This document shows, piece after piece, positions 27,877-40,500 of a DNA stretch of 64,000 nucleotides. The DNA is from Dimorphilus gyrociliatus. Its lineage: Eukaryota; Animalia; Annelida. A model generated the notes under the pieces. That model was not told the origin of the DNA. It searched no databases and saw only the letters and a list, made by a program, of their open reading frames with translations. Every line of letters begins with the position of its first letter. Position 1 is the stretch's first letter. The stretch lies in assembly GCA_904063045.1 (NCBI GenBank), contig CAJFCJ010000002.1:4435645-4499644 (forward strand), read 5' to 3'. Both the position numbers and the translations under genes were made by a program.

Positions 27877-27884
27877 ACTTCCGG
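27877..27884. promoter_or_regulatory. ETS/GABP motif in the EEA1 proximal promoter
   Basis: ACTTCCGG lies ~50 bp upstream of the ATG. Confidence 0.45.
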
Positions 27885-27929
27885 TTTTGATAAATCTGTC
27901 TTCTTCAATAAATAAAACTCTAGTTAACT

Positions 27930-30900
27930 ATGTTCTCGAATATATTTAAGAAAGATTCAAAACCTGTAAGTTAAAATTTAAATAATAGCTTGAACACATT
28001 TGTTGACATATCAACTATTAGAGCTGAAATAATAAATCATTGATTTTAACAATGCATAGTAGATGATATATTTTTAAATAATAATTCTTTTTGATAATGC
28101 ACAAGTATGCCCCCAACAGCAATCTACTAACAATTCATCTCATGATGAGCCCAATCAAATTGAAGTAAGAAAACCAATCATTCTTAAAATTGAATGCATA
28201 AATTTCATAAAAAGTATATTCACAACTCAACAACGAAACATATTTTTTTAGGGCTTTGTATGTCCAATATGTCACACGATATTTAATCAGCCTGAGTTAT
28301 TGCAAAGCCACTTTACAGAGAAACATAGTGAATTTGATAATAATTCAGTAAGTATAAACTGAAATAAATATTTATTTTCTATTATATATATGAAAAATAT
28401 TTGAAAAATGTTTTTTATTATTAACAGGATAATTCTCCTCGAAAAGATGAAAAGTTAGTTTTACTTAAGCTTAATTAATTTGAATAGAATGAACAATCTC
28501 TATGTTAACACTTTTTCCTTTAAATATTAAATAGTTCCAACGCTGCAGCATCATCATCGTCAGAAAGGAGACATTCTATTGTAAGTTGAATGTTTAATTG
28601 ATTAATTAATATAATACATACATTAACAATATTTATAAATAAATAAATCTATATGTGCGTGTATATTGCATTTAGAGAAGCAATTCCAGTAGAAACCGTT
28701 ACGTTCATGAGGTAAAATCTAAATCCTATGCATTAAATATTTCCCTGTTATATTACTCTCATTTTTTTCAAATTTTTATAATTGAAAGTAATAAGCTTAG
28801 TTTATATCTCTCTTAATTGTTTTAGTTTTGCTATTTTTCATGTTATCCTATTTCTCTGTATTAGAATCTAATAGCTAACTAAATTTAAAACTTTTTTAAT
28901 AAAATAAACTACTCTCTCTTTAAATTTTAGGACCAAAGTGAAGAAGATTTAATGAGAATGCAGTTGAAAGCATCGGAGGAGAGTAGATTAATATGTTTGT
29001 ATAATATTTTGTTTTTCAATAAAAATAATATTCTATTCTTTAACAGTGAATAACGAAGTAATTACTCTAAAGCAACAATTGACTGATACTTTCGATTCAA
29101 TGAAAAATTTACACGAAGAAAAGTTGATAATTGAAGAGAAAGCAGCAAAAATGGTTGTCTATTAAAAGGTTTTATATGTTAGATATATTTATTGTATATT
29201 TTTCCTTACAAGGCTAGTGATTTAACCGCCGTAAAGGCAAAAGCTGATGAAAGCGAAGGTAGTAAGGCGGCCTTGGAAGATCACTTAAAAACTTTGAAGG
29301 TTTATTTCTCTTCATTGTTTTAATTAATTATAATTCTTTGCATATAATCTAGAAACAAATATCCGAGAAATCTCGATTAGTATCAAGTTTAGAATCGCAA
29401 TTAGCTCAAAGGTATATGAATTTGTAACATATGATATTCAAAATAGTAAATATAAAAATATTATTTATTAATTATTAAGACCTGGTGCTGATGATGTTCT
29501 TGTTCTACGAAAGGAATTAGTTAATGCTCAAACTTTAATGGATGATTTGACAAGAAGTAAAGAAGAAGAAATTGATTGTTTAAAGAGAGAGAATTCGGAA
29601 TTGACTAATGTTTTGAACAAATTAAAAGCAGAAAGTGATTCGCTTACTGAAGAAAAAAAGCGTCTACTCGACGCCTTTGATCAACTGACGCTGGAGAAAG
29701 AAATTCTTGAAAATAAAAACAAAAATCTTGAATAGTAAGTATTACTCAATTAAAATAATAGCTAATTGAAAAAAGTGCATCAAATGTTCTATTGTATATT
29801 CCAGTCTTCAAACAACCTTAAGCGATAGCTCAGAAACGAATGAAAAGAAACTGGAAGAGGCTTTGAAAACTAGTGAATCGGAATTAAATAATGTTAAACA
29901 AAAGTATTCTGATTTGGAAGAAAACTTATTGGCAAAAAACGATGAAATTTCAGAAATTTCTCAATCGTTTGAAGAAAGAATTTTGGAATTTCAGCGTCAA
30001 ATTAATAATTTAGAAAATGAGAATATTCTCATTAAAAACACTTCACTTAATGATAAAGATTCCTTATCGACCTCTCTTTCTAATAAGGAAGATGAAATTC
30101 GAATTTTAAAAGAGGAAAATTCATCCCTATCCAAAGATTTATCATCGATAAAGGAACAATTTTCACTTTTATTAAAAGAGAGTGATTCGATGAAAGAGAA
30201 TATTCATGTCAGCGAAGCTAGTTTAGAGAGTATTAGCATTGATAAAGATGAATTAGAGAAACAACTTGGCAGTAAAACTCTTGAGATAAAACAAATCAGT
30301 GAAGCCAAAGAAGTTTTGGAAGAAAAGAATAATGATCTTAACGAAATGATTCATCAGGTTTATTGCTTTTTATTAGTATAATTTCCATTCGAAATTACTG
30401 TCATGATAAATTTAATGTTGTAGATGTCTTCTAAAGTACTCGAAAGTGAGGAATTACAGGAAAAGTGTCGAACTGAATTGAATGATGTAAGACATTCCAT
30501 GAGCGAAAAATTGGAGGAGAAAGAAAAGGAATTAACAAGGATGAAGACAGAATTAGATTCGGTAGATAAAAATAAAGAATTATAAGAAATTTAGCTAAAA
30601 ATTATGTGTAAATAAATCATCTATATATAATTAAAACAGTTAATGTTAGACATTGAGCAAAAAAAGACTCAACTAGAGAAGGTATGTTCTGAAAAGGAGT
30701 CTGTCGAAACTACACTGGAAAATATGGTTTGTTTTGTTCATAAAAAAAGAAAATAAACAATAGAATTATTAATAAGTACTGTTGTTATTTTCGCAGAAAT
30801 TATCTTTGAAATCCACAACAGAAGAAGCCAGTCAGGAATGTGAAAATCTTAGGAAAAGATTACGAGATGTGTAAGTATTGTATACTAAAATTATTTTACT

Positions 30901-33900
30901 ATATTGTTTTGCAGATTGATGATAAAGTTAATGTTTAATTTTATTTAGTCAAAAGCAACAAGAGGAAACACTAAATTTATTAACCGAAAGTAAGCAGAAT
31001 ACAGAAAGACTGGAAAACGAAAAAGACGATCTCATACATAAGGTTAATTTTTATTACCTGCTATAAACTATGACAAATACTCTCTATTTTTAAATATAGA
31101 TTGAGAAAGGTGAAGGTAAAGAAACAGCCATATTACAATTGCAACAAGAAAATGTAGGTTATTTAAATTGTCGTGTTTGCAAGCGTATTATCATTTGCTT
31201 ATAAATACTTTTTGTTTTATATATAAGAATTCTATTCAAGAAAAGTTAGCTACTGTTGAAAAAACTAAAGAAAGTTTAAAATCTGATTATGAAAATAAAT
31301 TACTATCTCTGGAAAATCAACTCGAAGATTTTGAAAAAGAAAAGAAAGCAGAAATACAGCGAAACATTAATTTAAACATTAATTTAGAGGATTTACAAAA
31401 GGAAATAGGTGATAAAATTACCCAAATTGATAAAGACAAGGAGGAAATTGCCAAGCAAGTTGGTATATTTTTTAATTAATATTGTAGATACTATTGTTAG
31501 AATATATATTACTTCATAAATTCTTCTATTTTTCTTGCAAAGAGTCAAAAGTTAAAGGATCAACAAGTAAAAATTAATGAATTAGAAATTAGTTCAAAGA
31601 AAGCTAAAAAGCAAAAAGATAAAGAAATTGGTGAAAAAAATCAAGAGATAAAAAAATTAGAGAAACGTAATGATAATGTAAGAAGTACTTTCTTTTCTAT
31701 ATTATATTAATAATATATTTATATATTATACTCATTTAATCTTACTTTTGTTATAGATAAATAATAATTTAGAAAAGAAATCAGCTGAAATATTAAAATT
31801 AAATCAAACGTTAAAAACAATTAAGGATGAAAAAAATGATTTAGAAAGAAAGTTATTAGACGCTGAAACTGAATTAAAAAAAAATGTAAATATTTGACTT
31901 GTATTTCATATATTAAATATAAATTATTTACTATTTTAATTGAAAAGGAATCAAATTTGGATAAGTTAAAACATTCTAACGATACATTGAAACGTGAAAA
32001 GAAAGAGCAAATAGAAGTTGGAAAACAGGAAATTAAACAATTGCAGGAACAAATAGAGAAGGTAAAAAAATCTGTTGGATGCTATGTTTACATGCTTATA
32101 TATGCTCATTTGTAGTTCTTTATATTACTTTACTAATATATAGATTAAAAATATTGTTTTTATTAATTAAATGTATGAATTATTAAATCGAATTACTATT
32201 GAAATTAACAGTTTTTCTGTTAAATCTCTATTATATAACATATAAAAGAAATTGATTAAAAAAGTTATAGTTGATCTATAATTTGATTAAAATATTTACG
32301 TACTTTATAATAGTTTAAATTAAAATTCTTTACAGTTAAAAGAGGAAGTCTCTGGTGAAAAACATGAAAGAAACAAAATCTCTAGTGAGTTGGAAAATGA
32401 GAAATCGACCCGTATAGAAATCGAAGAGAAAATTAATGTTCTTGTTAGTTCTCTTTAGTTTTGATAATATTATTTTATATTTCAATCTTTTAATTGAATA
32501 TTGTATTTTATTTTAATAGGAAACTGAATTAGTAAAATCAAAAAATGTTTATATTCAATATGAGGAGAAAGTAAAGTCTGAAATGGATGATAAAAAAGAA
32601 TCTCAAGTTAAATTGACTAATGAGATTGATGATTTAAAAACAAAACTGAACAATGAAAAGAAACAGAACGATGATTTAAAGGAAAAGGATAAAAATCGAA
32701 CAAAAGAATTAAAAGATTTGAAAAAAAAAGAAGGAAAGTTAAAAACCGAAATAGATAATCTCAGGAAAAGTAATAGTGATTATGAGGAACGAATTGGCGG
32801 TTATGAACAAGCCTTGGATGGTTTAAAAAAGGATCTTTCGGAGAAGAACAATGATATAAAAAGCTTAGTAAGTCTTAAATTTTATTTCCTAAAATGTTTA
32901 CATAACTATAAAGGGAAAATTTTTTAGAATGAAAAGTTTGAAATTAGAAAATCGAAAGAGGCCGAAATAATCGAAAGTAATCAAAAAACGATGAAGCATC
33001 TTGAATCAAGAGTAATAGCTATGCGCGAAGAATTGGATGAATCATGCGTCAAATTAAAAGAGAGCGAAGAAAATAATCGTACACTTCAAGCGTCCTTAGA
33101 ATTAAAGCTATCAGACTTGGAATCGTGCCGAGGTCGCCTTAAGGAAGCAGAAGACAAATTTTATAATTATTATACAGATCTAGAAAATATGAAAAAAGTC
33201 CTCGAGGAAGAGACACAAAATAAGCAAGCTTTAATGGACAAGATTAAAGAATTAGAAACAACTCTTAAAAGTCATGAAGAGAAGTATCAAGTTATAGTAG
33301 CTGAGTTAGGTGAAGAAAAAAGTATAAAATCCACAACTAACGATAATTTAAAGGAGACTGAAAGAAAATTACAAACTGTAGAAGAACTTTTAAGGGAAAA
33401 GAGTGATATGTATGAAGAACGATTTAATGAATTTCGTGAAAATGAAGTTAAATTTAACAATAAGATAACTGACCTATTGGAAGAAATTGAAAAGGAGAAA
33501 AATCAACTAATTGAAGTGAAATCTAAGTACTCTTCTTTAGAATTGTCAACACAACAAGCTGAGGACATGTTACGAAACGATAATAGCTGTTTACAGGCGC
33601 GATTAGAAGAGGAAATTGCTGCCAAATTGGATCTTGAAAAGATTAGAGATGAAATGGAAGGAAAGCTTCTAATTGAGGTCAGTGAAGTGATTAATAAGTA
33701 TTGAAAGTTTAAAAACCATTTAAATGTTTAGGTTGGAGCGGTGAATGAGACTCTCAGATCTTTGAGGCAGGAACTCGAAGAGAGTAAAGCACAAGTTATT
33801 GAGTTTTCAAATGAATGTGAAAAGCTTAAGCTTGAGAAATTAGGTACGTTATATTCTTCTTATCATTTTCAAAAGAAGTATATATGTAATATTATATCTT

Positions 33901-34444
33901 TTGTAAAAAGAAAAACAAGCTCTCTTGGAGACTAGCAGTGATGATAGAAAAGTTTTGTTGGAACGCTGTTTAGCCAGCGAGGATGAATTAAGACAACTTC
34001 GTGATAAGACATCGGCTATGAGAAGAAAGCAAGAAGATCTAGAAGCAGCTTTACATGAATTGGGCAGAGAAAATCAATCACTACAAATACAAACAAGTAA
34101 AGTACAAAATCGAAAGTGGGCCAACGATAGCCAAGTTAAATCATGCCACTCTTGCCGTAAAGAATTTTCCATAACGAATAGAAGGCATCATTGCAGAAAT
34201 TGTGGAAATATATTTTGTGCGGTGAGCTTTATATTTTTATTAAATATTTTATTGTTTAATGGTTTTATAATATTTTTATAGTAGTAATTTCTCTTATGAA
34301 TAATATATAATAAGTTTATATATGTATATTATTTTATCTTGTGCTTTTTTTAATCAGGAATGTTCAAATAAATCTGCCGTTACGACTTCCAGCAAAAATC
34401 CAGTTCGTGTCTGCGAACCTTGCTTTCAAGAAATTACAGGCTAA
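27930..34444 (+). CDS. EEA1: Early endosome antigen 1 (C2H2 zinc finger, long coiled coil, C-terminal FYVE)
   Basis: N-terminal EGFVCPICHTIFNQPELLQSHFTEKH, many coiled-coil exons, and C-terminal RKWANDSQVKSCHSCRKEFSITNRRHHCRNCGNIFCAECSNKSAVTTSSKNPVRVCEPCFQEITG*. Confidence 0.95.
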
Positions 34445-35376
34445 TTAAGTGCATTTCGATTGACTTTCTTTTGTACATTTATTTATTGTTATTGTTTTTT
34501 CCGCATCAAAAGCGATACTATTTGACGTTTCATAGGTGCAGTTCGTTTTGAAAATATATTTCGATAATAAATTAACAATTAAAATGACAAAATAGTATTT
34601 AAAAGTTTTATATTACGTTGACCCTAAATATCTATTACCTACCATATTTTCTCCTTCAACGATTTCAAGTAATTTTGCAATTAGTTCCTTAAATTGGCTA
34701 TTGTTTATGTTTTGTTGATTAGAGAGATTATTGATTATTCATGAAAACTAGTACTATTAAGAACTCCTTATCAACGAAACTAATCTAAAAGATTTGACAA
34801 CGCTTGATAAACAAGAGAAAATATAACAGTCACCTAACACCATAGACTAAAACAGATCGAAGAAATTCATTGATTTTTTTTTAACTAAACGGTATAGTAT
34901 AACCAAAACATTAAATTACATAAAGAATATGTGGATTCAGGCTTTTTATCGGTTGTCATAATAAATAGGATATCGAAAATATCGTTTATTGTCATATACT
35001 AATAGAATCAACAGGAGAGTTTTAACGTTAAAATTAATTTTGATGAAATCTTCAAGTATACAGTGAGTTTTAAAATGGGAGAAATCAATATCTTTTGATA
35101 AAAAGAAAATTCTTGCTGTTATTGATTTGTAAATAACATAAGCACAGGGATATTGTGTTACGTAATCTGGATTTCCTTACCAAATTAGTAAATTGAGTTC
35201 CCAAATAATCAGAAGTCTTCAAATAATTTAGAAACAGACGGTAAGTTCCAAAAGATTTACTCAAATCGGGTAAAAGTGTGTACAACCTAAATGACATTAT
35301 AAAACTATATTGATTTTCTACTACCTGCAAACGTGACTGCAAAACTGCAAAATTTTTTCAGGTGCGTTACTTAGGT

Positions 35377-38300
35377 ATGGGTAGTTCTCCGAGTCAGATT
35401 CAACTACCAGATAATGTACAGGTATGTCATTTTTAACCATTTCTAATAGGTTATATGTATTATATCGTAAAATGAATAAATTATGAAGCTCTCTCACAGA
35501 TTCTTTTTCACTTATTAATTTATAAATAAATTTCTAGTCACAAAATCAACAATCACAAAATAATAGGAGCAGAAATCAGGTGGGTTTTCAGTTGTTTATG
35601 AGCGTTTTCCCTGATTTTCTTCTTGTTTGTCGCATAAAAAAGATAAAGTAAAGTGTATTGTTTGTTGTAGTAATTGTATCAATAGGAGAATATGCGTTTG
35701 ATTAATTCATGAATACTTTTAATTATGAATGAAAGATATAGTAAACAAGTGTTCATTAAACACTAATACCTTTATTAACCACAATTTATCTTTTCTCTAA
35801 GAGTTCTTTATTATTTATAATCAATGTCACTACTCTTTTCAAATGTATGTTTCCTAACGAGTAGAAGATCAATACCTTTAATAGAAAATCCCTTCTAATT
35901 GGCGTTACTTCTTTCGTTTATTTATATTAATAGATCATTTCAAGAAGTTCCGATGGTTCGTCAAGCAGATCTAAGGGATTTAAAGAAGTAGAAATTACTT
36001 CTAGCGATAAAGGATCTACTTCACAGGCATCAAATCGGCCGAAAACGTCAAAATGGCAATCTCATCTTGACGAGGTAACGGACGGACAAGACTATAATGA
36101 AATTCTGGCAAAGCACGGAGTATCTCTCAATGAAAATTCAAATGCAAAAGATTATGTAAGTGTCTACTTTCTTTCTGAACAGCAGTTAATTTTTACAGGT
36201 TTTATTGCAAAGTTGTTCATTAAAATTAAATTAAGAGATTACAAAAAAACCTTCCTTATTTAGAAATCTTCGATGCCAAATTATAAGAATTTAGTAAGTA
36301 AATAGTCTATAGACCTATAGACCAAAGAAATCGAGAATCTGATTGTTGTGACAATTTCTTCCTTTATTCCTTTCTTACTTCCTTCCTTATTTTCATAATT
36401 TTTTTTTTATAAAAAAAAAATGTTAATTATTTTAGAATTTTGGTTTTCCATTCTATTTATTTTTATTATGATTGTTTGCCTTTAAAATTTGATATTGTTA
36501 TATTTTGTTTATTGAATAGTAAACTGTTTACTAATTGATATCCATTTAAAATCTATTTAGCCAGAAGATGAACTTGTTATGGAAACTTTTTATCATAATT
36601 CGGGAACTAGCTATTCTTGTATTTACCAATCTGGACAGAGATATTATCTCGATTCTTGGGAAACTATGGACTGGCAACCATTTCCTAACGAATGGTATGA
36701 GGAAGGTGTACTTGTCACTGAACAAGAGCAGGTAAATATTTCAATTTATCCGGCCCAATATTCTATTATCACTGAGCTATTTAATGGTGCTTTTTTATCA
36801 CGCTATGCTAGTATTTAGAAACTCAACAAAATGGGAATCGAAAGGTTTGTTTTTTCTTCTTCAAAACTTCACCCTTATCATTCAATTATTAGGTTATTAA
36901 TCAATCTAATTCTATTCTATAAATATTGCACAGGCTCCAGGACAGGTTGCAGGAGGTATGGGAGACGATCGCGAGGGTAGCTTAGACCATCCGGATAGAG
37001 GAAAATTATCAACATATCTCTTCGAGGTTTTAAAGTTGGAATATATCCTTTAGTTCATATTTAAAGTTAACAACTTTTAGGAAAGTCGAAATGTTCACTA
37101 CTGGTACGACGATACTAGTGGAACGTGGATAAAAATGCCATTATCTTGGGAATTAAGATCGGAAATAGTAAGCAAGCTGTTAAATCCTGTAGAAGAAGCA
37201 GTACCTGAATGGAAGGACAAACACGATATGCTGGCAGCGCTCAGAGCAAGTAATTACGATCCTCATGATACCATAGCAACTTACATGGGTACATATATTA
37301 AATCATAATCAAAAACTCTTTCATCCATAGAGTCTCTTTTTTTATTTATTTATAGCTGCGGGCGAAGCGGGTCATATTCAAGCTCTAAAAAATGATGAGG
37401 ATGCAAAGATTCTCAAAGAAAAGGAAGGAAAAGTAATAGAATTAACAACGAAATTTAAAAAATTGGTAAGATAAATCATTCTATTTAGTCTTTAACTCTT
37501 TCTTCAAACAATTAACTAATTAAATTCGATTTATAGAAACGACGATACGATAAACAAGGTCAAGAACTTGAAGAACAAAAAAAAGAACGAAAAAATGCTG
37601 AAGACCTAATTGCACAGTTACGTGACCGTGTTAGTACTTTGGAGGCGGAGAGATCGTCAACTATAGCTCAATTAGAAGCTTTTCAACAAAGTTCGAAAGG
37701 TAGAAGAGGTTCTATAAAATCCGGTAAGAACGTTATTTTAAGTTTTATAATATTTTATAAAGTAAAAACTTTAACAGAGGCTGGCTTACATCCTGATGTG
37801 GCAAAGGCTTTGAAGAAAGTTGTTACCCAACTTCATAAAGAACACGTTGAACTAAGAATAGAGGCCGTAAGAAATTTCCAGAAGATGGATGAATTGATAA
37901 AACAGGCAAGAGCTGGATCTACAAAATTAGCGTTAGCTAATCAAGGATCCAGTGAAGAAGTTGATGAGCTTCGAGATTTATATAGAAGAGAATGTTTGCA
38001 AAGAAAGCTTCTATATAACAAATTGCAGGAGATGAGAGGAAATATTAGAGTATTCTGTAGATGCAGACATGACGACAATTCTTTGTGCTGTCTGGACTTT
38101 GGCAGAGACAACGAAATTTCTACAGGTGGAAAGAAGCCGTATTCTTTCGACAAAGTATTTGAGCCGACCTCCAAACAAGAAGAAGTAATTATTAAAATGT
38201 TTTTCTACTTTTTAAGCTTATAATTTTTCATTATTTCTTTTTATAAAGGTTTTTGAAGAAGCTAAACCGATTATTACTTCGTGTATTGATGGTTATAATG

Positions 38301-39163
38301 TATGCATAATAGCTTATGGGCAAACAGGATCTGGTAAGACTTACACGATGATGGGTCCACCAGAGGATCCTGGAGTCAATGTACGCTCAGTTAAAGAATT
38401 GTTAAATATTTGTTCTGAAAAGACTAGTGTTGATTTTACATTAAAAGCATCCATGATGGAGATTTATAATGAAACTGTTCATGACCTTTTATCAGATGAT
38501 CTGCAACAATTAGAAATCCGCGCTAAAGGCAATAAGATTACTATTCCAGGTTTATCGGAAATGTTTGTAGAATCAATGGAGGATATAGAACACATAATGG
38601 ATCTTGGAGATCAGAATAGAAGTGTTGCCAGTACCAAGATGAATTCTCACAGTTCAAGATCACACTTGATATTTACTATAACAATTGAAGGTAGGGATAA
38701 AGTTTCAGGGTCAGTGACCACAGGACAATTGACCCTCTGCGACTTGGCTGGATCAGAGAGAGTTTCCAAAACTGAGGTAGGAACTATTTTACAAGACATT
38801 TAATTTAAGACGAGTAAACCTATATTTAAATAAAAGGCTACTGGTCAACGTCTAATCGAAGCAGCTGCAATAAACAAATCATTAACGTCCCTAGGACAAG
38901 TCTTTACAGCATTGAGAAATGGCCAACTTCACATTCCTTATCGAAATTCTAAGCTAACTCACGTTTTACAACCGTGCTTGGGAGGGGACGCTAAAGCGTG
39001 TCTGTTTGTTACAGTTTCACCTGCAGAGAGGAATTTAAGCGAAACAAACTCAACTATGACCTTTGGCTCCAATGCTCGCCAAGTTGCTTTAGGCGAGGCT
39101 AAACGAAACGTGAAGAAAGTTCCTGCATCAAGTGCGTGGGGTTTGGATAGCGATAGCGATTAG
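35377..39163 (+). CDS. Kinesin-14 (KIFC3-like, C-terminal motor) with an extended N-terminal region
   Basis: Neck RKLLYNKLQEMRGNIRVFCRCR, YSFDKVF, P-loop AYGQTGSGKTYTM, switch I NSHSSRSH, switch II DLAGSER, INKSLTSLGQV and HIPYRNSKLTHVLQPCLGG. The upstream exons splice in frame. The start codon is tentative. Confidence 0.92.
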
Positions 39164-40500
39164 CAAAATATATGAGAATATTTACCCGGCATACAATATA
39201 TTAAATACTAACATATATAGGCCCAAATTTATACTTATGAATACTTATACATATATACAAAGGAATACGAGGATATTACGATTCTTTCAAGGAATATTAA
39301 TATCTTAATCTAGTACTAACAAGATCCGAGTAGAATATAGGCATTTTATTATCTGCTGTTTTATAAATTTATCATAACTTACTTTCATTATAGCTAGTTA
39401 CCATGGTTTATTATTTGTTAAGAAAAGCGTAGGCTGAGTGCATCTTTTATTGCTGGCCAAGCGGCAGTGAAAGGCATCATCCTACCTTAAATAGGCAATA
39501 ATATATCTACGCTTCAAGTAAACAAAACTTGTTTTTTAAAAAAAAAACAAGTCATATATACTGTATATATATATGAAATAAACCATGTTGTAATTAATTA
39601 GACAGACTGAAAAAAAACTCAATCAAGTTAATCACTATCGCTTTTTTTTATATATTTAAATAATTATCACATTTTATCACCGTTTTGTGCTTATAATCGC
39701 TTGTTTTTGCTTTTTTCCTTTTCAGAACAAATGAAAAAGTGAACTTATTTAAAAAAATTGAATATTAAAATTTATCAAGCTCCGCCGCTTCAGCATTAGA
39801 ATAATACTTCACACTGCAAAAATAAAGAATATTGTTAAGAATACAACAATCAGCATTGAAAATTCATTTTCTTCTAAACATATATTAGTATTATGTCAAT
39901 TAATGTGTAATAAGTACTTTTTGGAAATAAATCAATTGTTATTTTAACTGTAAAGAACTTGATATATTTTCCCTTTGTCTATGAAAATTTGTCTAGAAAC
40001 AGTCCCAGCTTCTCTTTAGGAAATATATATATATATATATATATACATATTTAGGACATGTTAATAAGAAGGATACATTTTTATTGTTAAAGAATAAACC
40101 AACTTTTAACTGTACGAATATTTGTTAAATGTGTCGATACTGCCAACATTACTCACTTAACAAACGTGTTTTTATGTAAACGTTTAACAAGGATACTGTT
40201 ATAAAAATTTTACCGAAACTGTAAAATAGAGAAGTTTATATTATTTTAATTCCTGATTTTTATGTTCAATTTTAAGAAATAAGATAGGAGGGTTCTATTT
40301 TGTATGATTCATGTTCCTTTGTGGTATAGTGCTTTCTCTCATGACCACCTAGTTCAAGTAACATTGCCATGTTCAATTGTTAAAGCCTTTTTCTCTCTAA
40401 TAGAAAAGGACAGGCCTTCTTTTGGTTTTGAGAGGCCGTTGAGCTTTCGATCACGATTCAATCAGTTAGCGATTATTTAAACTTGAGTTAACTAGCAAAA

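Noticed and set aside
29538-34281. Coiled-coil ORFs as separate myosin/SMC-like genes
   Set aside because: They splice into one gene bounded by the EEA1 zinc finger and FYVE domain.
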